Assembly (NCBI RefSeq): GCF_004010195.1
Contig: NC_057718.1
Location: forward strand, 20,293,547-20,337,830
Origin: Chiloscyllium plagiosum
Taxonomy: Eukaryota
Direction of reading: 5' to 3'
Length of the DNA: 44,284 nt
Shown: positions 38,701-44,284 of the stretch, piece after piece
Layout: the number at the start of each line of letters is the position of its first letter
Numbering within the stretch: the stretch's first letter is position 1
Notes under the pieces: model-generated
Database searches by the model: none
Told to the model about the DNA's origin: nothing
The model's input: the letters and a program-made list of their open reading frames with translations, nothing else
Position numbers and translations under genes: made by a program

Positions 38701-41700
38701 CTCAAGTGAGCTAACTGACCACCAACCAACTGGCTTAAATATGAAACTGATGAAGCCAGTGCACACATGACATTTCCTTCATAATATAAACTTAACAGCT
38801 GACTAGAGGTATGATACGGGCATTGTGGCTATGTCACTGGACTCGTAATTCAGAGGTCTGGATATAAAAATTCAAATTTCACCATTACAATTAGGGAGTT
38901 TAAATTTAATTAAATAAATTTGGGAAAAAGGCCATTATTAGTAATACAGATCATGAAACAACCAAATTTTCATTAAAAATATCCGTGGAGTTTACTAACA
39001 TCTTTTAGAATCCCTACAGTGTGGAAGCAAGCCATTCCACACCGACCTCCAAACAGCCATTCAATCTAACCCATCCCTGTAATTCTGCATTGTCCATGAC
39101 TAATCCATCTAATCAGTACATCTGTGGACTCTATGGGTAATTTAGCATGGCCAATCCACCTAACCTGCATATCTTTGGACTGTGGGAGTAAACTAGAGCA
39201 CCCGGTCTTGCACTAAAATCAAAACTTTAAGGAATAAAGGAGAAATTAAAGTCTCTATAGTTCTATAGAGAAAATAAACATTAAAAAGTGGAATGCAAGG
39301 AAACCTAATAATGACTGATTTGAATCTTGAGGTTCCTGATTTCAAATCAACAATATAAATGCTTTTATTCACATTAACAATAAACAAACCTTTAATGTCA
39401 GATTCTTAGCTCAACTCTGAATTTTAAAGTGGCATTAACAACCTTACCACTTGATGTCAAGAAATCCAAACTTGATACTGGGTGTAAAATTAATTCACGT
39501 TGAATGCAGACTTGTTTTGATATCAAGGGGGTAGATGGTGTTGCTGCTCACTGTTTGCATAGCCCAGGTTGATTTGTTTCAATTATATGAATGGAAAAAT
39601 CCAAAGGCTGATTCTTCAGTCTGCTCCCAGGCAACTGTTTAGAGGAGAAAGTGAGGACTGTTAATGCTGGAGATCAGAGTCACAAATTCCATCCCCAGTA
39701 ATCCATATGAGAATTCACTGAATGAAAGATTAAATTGCCATAATTCAATTTGTCAGAAATAAAACTATGAAGTCCAAATATTGGCCTTATCATAAAAGCA
39801 CCACAAATTTACAGTCCTCAATATTAAATATATTACAACTAATATGAAAGAATATTATCTGGTCAGTTGTACTCCAAATCATAATGTGATTAAGAGAATA
39901 GCAAATGTTATTTCCTTGTTTAAGAAGGGAATTACAACCCTGGAAATTATAGACCTGTGAGCCTTACTTCGGTTGTTGGTAAAGTGTTGAAAAGGGTTAT
40001 AAGAAATAGGATTTATAATCATCTAGAGATGAATAAATTGATAAGTCAACACGGTTTTGTGAAGGGTAAGTCGTGCCTCACAAATCTTATTGAGTTCTTT
40101 GAGAAGGTGACCAAACAGATGGATGAGGGTAGAGTGGTTGATGTGGTGTATATGGATTTGAGTAAGGTGTTTGATAAGGTTCCCCACAGTAGGCTATTGC
40201 ACAAAATACAGAGGCATGGGATTGAGGGTGACTTATTGGTTTGGGTCAGAAATTGGCTAGCTAAAAGAAGACAGAGGGTGGTGGCTGAAGGGAAATATTC
40301 ATGCTGAGGCTCAGTTACTACTGGGGTACCGCAAGGATCTATTTTGCATCCACTGTTGTTTGCCATTTATATAAATGACCTGGATGTGGGCATAGAAGGA
40401 TGGGTTAGTAAATTTGCGGATGATACCAAGGTTGGTAGAGTTGTGGATAGTGATGAAGGATGTTGTAGGTTACAGACAGACAAAGATAAGCTGCAGAGCT
40501 GGGCTGAGAGGTGGCAAATGGAGTTTAATGTGGAAAAGTGTGAGGTGATTCACTTTGAAATGAGTAACAGGAATGCAGAGTAGTGGGCTAATGGTAAGAC
40601 TCTTGGCAGTGTAGATGAGCAGAAAGATCTTGGTGTCCAGATACATAGATCCATGAAAGTTGCCACCAGGTTGATAGGGTTGTTAAGATGTGTTAGCTTT
40701 TATTGGTAGAGAGATTGAGTTTCAGAACCATGAGGTCATGCTGCAGCTGTATAAAACTCTGGTGCGGCCACATTTTGAGTATTGCGTACAATTCTGGTCT
40801 CTGCATTATAGGAAGGATGTGGAAGCTTTGGAAAGGGTTCAGATGTTGCCTGGTATGAAGGGAAGGTCTTACGAGGAAAGGCTGAGGGACTTGAGGCTGT
40901 TTTCATTAGAGAGAAGGTTTAGAGGTGACTTAATTGAGACATATAAGAAATCAGAGGGTTAGGTAGGTTGGACAGTGATGGTGATGACTAGCATGATGGG
41001 ACATAGCTTTAAATTGAGGGGTGATAGTTATAGGACAGATGTCAGAGGTAGTTTCTTTACTCAGAGTAGTAGGGACATGAAACGCACTGCCTGCAACAGT
41101 AGTAGACTCCCCAAATTTAAGCGCATTTAAACGGTCATTGGATAGGCATATGGATGAGAATAGAATAGTGTAGATTAGATAGGCTTCAGATTGGCACCAC
41201 AGGTTGGTGCAACATCGAGGGGTGAAGGGCCTGTATTGTGCTGTAATGTTCTATGTTCTAAGACCCACCTACTATAATTTGAGCCATGCAATTCCCTGAG
41301 TCATATCAATGTTCACTTTTTTTTAACGTATGCAAGTAATTTATCTGACTTTCAGATGAAGATTGGTAGAAAGAATGGACCAAGTATCTGTACCACCCAA
41401 GAATTATTATTTATTACAAGCAATTAGACTATAGTTACAGGGAAACTGATATAAACTCTACTAAAACTTTAATTAACACATAACTCTACTAAATTAAAAC
41501 TTAATCCCCTTATAAACTCCCTCTTATCCACACATACTCACAATTTATTGGTAGAGGTAGAAAAAATGGAAATTCAGTTCAGCAGTCTTTGCTTCCAAGT
41601 AATAATGTTGAAATGGCTCATCTTCAGCTGGCCATACTCCTTGTTGATCAGATGACTTTCTCTGGATGTTTTCATTGGTTTTTAAGAAGTACAGAGTGAC

Positions 41701-44284
41701 TAATTCACTTGGAAAATGTCTTTGTTTTCTCAATTCAAAGACCACAGCTTATAGCAACTGCTGCAGGAAAGGTAACTGGTTTTATTCAAGTTTAAATAAC
41801 GATAGTCAGGTTGTAGTTTTTGACTGCAGTGAACAGGCAGTTTCTGGCTACAAGAAAATTTGCACACTTCTTTGCCCATCTCTGTATCTCCTAATTTGCT
41901 TTTAGCTCCAAGCTGCTCAGCCATCCAAGAGCCAATCACACAGTTGTTTGGAGGTAAAAGGTCTTTGTCATTGATAACTGTCACTAGCTCACAGACCAAT
42001 CAGCTTCTTGTGGCCAAGACGAGCTACATCAGTTCATACCCTGAGCTCCAATCTTCTGCAATGTGAGAAATTTCAGGAACAAAAGAAAGTAATGTGGATT
42101 TAGACAAATGTGTAAAATTTCCTATGACTGATATCAGCTCTAGCTAGTCAATCAGAGCTGGGATCTACCAAAGTAAACAATAAAAAACATAAATTATGTA
42201 AATTATCTTGAAGATCCGCATCCAAAAAAAAAGGCATACAATTAAAAACATATTTTATTAACAAGTCTTTATCAAATATTTTCATTCCAGATAATGGCCT
42301 CAAACTGCCAACATCAAATATAGATCTTGAAGCTCTGAACATCCAAGCTAAAGTCAAAAGTCCAACTCTTGATATAGATAGCCCAAGATTTAAAAGCACC
42401 AAGCTTGAAGGGAAGATAAAGTCCTCAGGGTATCAAACACCATCGTTTTCAATTTCAAGAAACAAATCTAAAATGCCAGAAATGGACGTGTCTGGACCAG
42501 ATATAAACACTTCTAATATTGACATTGGTGGTGTAAATATCCCTGAAACAAATTTGAAATTGCCAAAAGTACAAATGTCACCCTTTGATCTATCAGGACC
42601 AAAAATACCAGATGTGGATGTTGATGGTTCAGTGAAAGGACCTGGCTTTGATGTGTCTGTTCCAAATGTTAAAGGAAATTTTGCTGCACCAAATGTTGAT
42701 GTGAATTTTCCAAAAGGAGAGATAAACATTCCAGATACAGATCTTAATAAACAAAAATTCACAATGCCAAAATTTAATATGGCAAGTGAAAATTTGTCAG
42801 CTCCAGACGTGAAGGTGAACATGAAAACACCAACTGTGACAAGCGAGTTAGATAGTAAATTGGAGGTTCCGAACATCAAGAAGCCAAGTGTCGACATTTC
42901 CAGACTTGAAGGACCCAATGTGAATTTAGACGGCAAAGTAAACCTGCCAAAGGCTGACATACCAAATCCAGAGATTAAAGGTGGGATAGGATCTGGTCAT
43001 TTAGACTTCAAAACACCTAAGATCAGTGGAGACTATGATATGCCTGATATGAACCTGGAAGTACCTGATGTAAAACTGAAAAACACAGGGTTAAAGGCGC
43101 CTTCACTCAACCTTTCAGGAAAAAATATTTCTACTTCAGATGTGCATGTCAGTTTACCAACTGGAAATATAGATGTGGCTAGTCCAAAAATACAAGCTAA
43201 TGTCAGAAGTCCAAACTTGGATATAAATGCTCCAAAGATTGATGGCCCTGGTGCACACAAAAAATTTAAGTTCCCAAAATTTAAAAAGCCCACATTTTCA
43301 ATATCTGGAAACAAACCAAAAATGCCTGAACTTGATGCAACCGCTCCAGATTTGAAGACAGATTTCAAAGGTCCAGAGGTTGATATTGGGGGATTAAAAG
43401 GAAATGCTGATGTTCCTGATGCAAAATGGAAAATGCCAACCCTGAAAGTGCCTTCATTTGGAGTGTCAGGGCCAAAAGGACCTGAGGTGGATTTTGATGG
43501 TTCGATAAAAGCACCACATGTTGATGTTGCTGTTCCAAATGTCAAGGGAAACATTGAGGGTCCAGATGTTGACATAAATGTTCCAAAAGGAGATATAGAT
43601 GCAAACATCCCAGATGCAAAACTTAAGGGAGGAAATTTCAAACTGCCGGGATTCAAAATGCCAAGTGGCAAACTGTCATTGTCAGGTACTAATACAGGAC
43701 TGAAGATGCCAAAAGGTCAGGTGGACCTTTCTGCTCCTGATGTTCAGGGAGATATCAGTGGCCCAAGTCTTGATATGAAAGGCCCAAATATTGATATCAA
43801 TGCTCCAAGTGTTGATCTTCCTGAAGCAAAATCCAAATGGAGCATGCCAAAATTGGAATTGCCATCCTTTGGTTTATCGGCACCAAAAGGACCAGATGTA
43901 GATGTTGATGGATCAGTGAAAGCACCTGGTTTTGATGTATCTGTTCCAAATGTTAAGGGTGATTTTGCTGCACCAAATGTTGATGTGAATCTTCCAAAAG
44001 CAGACATAGATGCAAATATTCCAGCTGCTGAACTGAAAGGAGGAAAATTCAAAATGCCAAAGTTTAACACGCCAAGTGCAAATTTGTCAGCTCCTGATTT
44101 GAACTTGAACATGAAAACACCAACTGTGGCCAGCGATTTAGATGCTGGATTGAAGGTTCCGAAGTTCAAGAAGCCGAATGTAGACATTTCCAGACCTGAT
44201 GTGAATTTAGATGGCAAAGTAAAACTGCCAAAGGCTGACATAACAACCCCAGAGATTAAAGGTGGGATAGGATCTGGTGGCTTA
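26767..44284 (+). CDS. AHNAK: AHNAK-like giant scaffold protein (AHNAK/periaxin family), spliced CDS, 3' incomplete: join(26767..26769,27439..27595,35467..35624,38293..38482,42291..>44284)
   Basis: Manual splicing gives 2502 nt (834 codons) with GT-AG introns in phases 0,1,0,1. The product has an N-terminal PDZ-like domain (QDSPVARAGTLKKGDQL..TIHFDNL), the AHNAK-type motif YNSKIKPHLK (human YTTKIKPRLK) and P/K/D/G-rich repeats (KFKMPKF, PNVDVNLPKAD). Orthologue versus paralogue is not resolved. Confidence 0.88.
27439..27595 (+). CDS. AHNAK: AHNAK-like exon, first half of PDZ-like domain
   Basis: Acceptor tttttcttctgaaaccag|, donor AAG|gtaacc. Encodes NFSFNKMMGVTLPGNIGALSEELTLTDTNDGNVIIEDIQQDSPVARAGTLKK(G), comparable to human AHNAK LTIAQRDDGVFVQEVTQNSPAARTGVVKEG. 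Not in the ORF track. Confidence 0.88.
27790..27970 (+). pseudogene. Decayed PIF/Harbinger (HARBI1-like) transposase fragment
   Basis: IYNTNVTLCATINPGIFRNWNGFHSLNVWLIF resembles the Harbinger motif IDCTHV.I..P......NRKGFHSLNVQLVCD. Confidence 0.5.
28566..28665 (-). mobile_element. Penelope-like pseudo-LTR fragment
   Basis: Family motif; minus strand CTGATGA-a-gtgtc-atctt-gactt-aaaa. Confidence 0.55.
29448..29550 (-). mobile_element. Penelope-like pseudo-LTR fragment
   Basis: ggagaaaatcagcaagtctggcagcatctatggaaagagaaacaga motif. Confidence 0.55.
29610..30063 (+). mobile_element. CR1 3' end followed by a second CR1 tail
   Basis: caagaatgcagatttgag..atcagcc..gatct.attgaa occurs twice in tandem. 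Confidence 0.65.
30755..30885 (+). mobile_element. Penelope-like pseudo-LTR fragment
   Basis: cagatgctgctagacctgctgagtttctccagcattt motif. Confidence 0.55.
31851..31961 (-). repeat. Inverted copy of 31177-31287
   Basis: About 111 bp with about 3 mismatches; both translate MMVYWYYHWTIN.ETQLMSCAS in the ORF track. Confidence 0.92.
32571..32892 (-). mobile_element. Penelope-like 3' end nested in the LINE, 10-bp TSD, hammerhead-like core
   Basis: aaaggttatg at 32561-32570 and 32893-32902; minus strand CTGATGA-a-GGAG-tgtcg-CTCC-GAAA at 32632-32656. Confidence 0.72.
33665..34033 (-). mobile_element. HE1-type SINE nested in the LINE
   Basis: Reverse complement of the 5013-type SINE; the LINE sequence resumes at agtgttaccatcactgaatcccc. 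Confidence 0.85.
35467..35624 (+). CDS. AHNAK: AHNAK-like exon, second half of PDZ-like domain
   Basis: Acceptor tttatcttgtcttgtag|, donor ATG|gtaaaa. Encodes (G)DQLNAVTIHFDNLTSEEVSKILKYSEQYKTSLKLNAKEELRSPDFRLSSPDM, comparable to AHNAK GDQIVGATIYFDNLQSGEV. Confidence 0.9.
36741..37872 (+). mobile_element. Possible LTR containing a Penelope-like fragment (37311-37445)
   Basis: TGTTA...TAACA inverted termini, purine-rich 5' half and T-rich 3' half; no TSD confirmed. Confidence 0.35.
38050..38215 (+). mobile_element. CR1 3' tail
   Basis: aaggagtcaaggtttatgagg..gcaggaaagtggaatt..actcctgctcctatctcttatgatct. Confidence 0.6.
38293..38482 (+). CDS. AHNAK: AHNAK-like exon following the PDZ domain
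   Basis: Acceptor gttcttctttgcag|, donor GAAG|gtaaaa. Encodes GSGDQAYLKLYNSKIKPHLK...DIDMKLKAPE, comparable to AHNAK SGDDEEYQRIYTTKIKPRLK. Confidence 0.85.
38549..38722 (-). mobile_element. tRNA-derived SINE of a further family
   Basis: Minus strand ggtcagttagctcacttgag (A box-like) ... gagttcaattcc (B box). Confidence 0.6.
38815..39203. mobile_element. Old LINE-sharing SINE head (+, about 38815-39005) abutting an HE1 3' half (-, about 39007-39203)
   Basis: gtggctatgtcactggactcgtaattcagag head, then agaatccctacagtgtggaa..ctttggactgtgggag. Confidence 0.6.
39240..39830 (+). pseudogene. Decayed AHNAK-repeat coding remnants inside the intron
   Basis: 39311 MTDLNLEVPDFK versus 43040 MPDMNLEVPDVK; 39726 KIKLP*FNLSEIKL*SPNIGLIIKAPQI versus 44045 KFKMPKFNTPSANLSAPDLNLNMKTPTV. 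Confidence 0.7.
39890..41260 (+). mobile_element. 5'-truncated CR1 LINE (RT to 3' tail)
   Basis: NYRPVSLTSVVGK, QHGFVKGKSCLTNLIEFFE, DLSKVFDKVPH, KFADDTK, YKTLVRPHFEYCVQFWS; tail ends atgttctatgttcta. Confidence 0.92.
42067..42290 (+). pseudogene. Decayed AHNAK-repeat coding remnant immediately upstream of the acceptor
   Basis: EISGTKESNVDLDKCVKFPMTDI versus 42893 DISRLEGPNVNLDGKVNLPKADI (10/23 identical), followed by stops and frameshifts up to NIFIP|D. Confidence 0.75.
42291..44284 (+). CDS. AHNAK: AHNAK-like repeat-coding exon, open to window end
   Basis: Acceptor ttttcattccag| in phase 1. About 664 codons without a stop, with repeated motifs GPDVDVDGSVKAPGFDVSVPNVKG, KFKMPKFN and NLDGKVKLPKADI. 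Missed by the ORF track, probably because no stop lies in the window. Confidence 0.93.

Noticed and set aside
39957..40962. Reverse transcriptase ORFs (also 6154-7339 and 23304-23748)
   Set aside because: Fragmented by stops and frameshifts; dead LINE copies, not retrons, DGRs or host genes.
42148..44241. Four long minus-strand ORFs (84-212 aa)
   Set aside because: Antisense shadows of the + strand AHNAK repeat frame; they repeat with it and arise from its codon bias.
1..44284. CRISPR arrays or prokaryotic operons
   Set aside because: No regularly spaced repeat-spacer structure was seen; the sequence is spliceosomal-intron vertebrate DNA.

Overview
Eukaryotic, AT-rich, repeat-dense DNA that reads as cartilaginous fish. 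This is inferred from HE1-type SINEs, CR1 LINEs and Penelope-like elements typical of sharks. The window holds the 5' part of one + strand protein-coding gene of the AHNAK/AHNAK2/periaxin family, closest to AHNAK. Predicted exons are 26730-26769 (ends in the ATG), 27439-27595 and 35467-35624 (PDZ-like domain), 38293-38482, and a repeat-coding exon from 42291 that runs off the window end. All splice phases are compatible and give 834 codons with no stop. A possible non-coding first exon ends at 1009. The rest is intron filled with decayed LINEs, SINEs, Penelope-like pieces and DNA transposon remnants; nearly all supplied ORFs are noise, TE fragments or antisense shadows. Most notable: (1) the 3.8 kb intron 38483-42290 appears to be former AHNAK repeat-coding exon that was invaded by TEs and is now spliced out (intronization); (2) a near full-length LINE with a tRNA-like head shares both ends with a short SINE family found elsewhere in the window; (3) Penelope-associated hammerhead-like cores and hairpins; (4) several local templated duplications.
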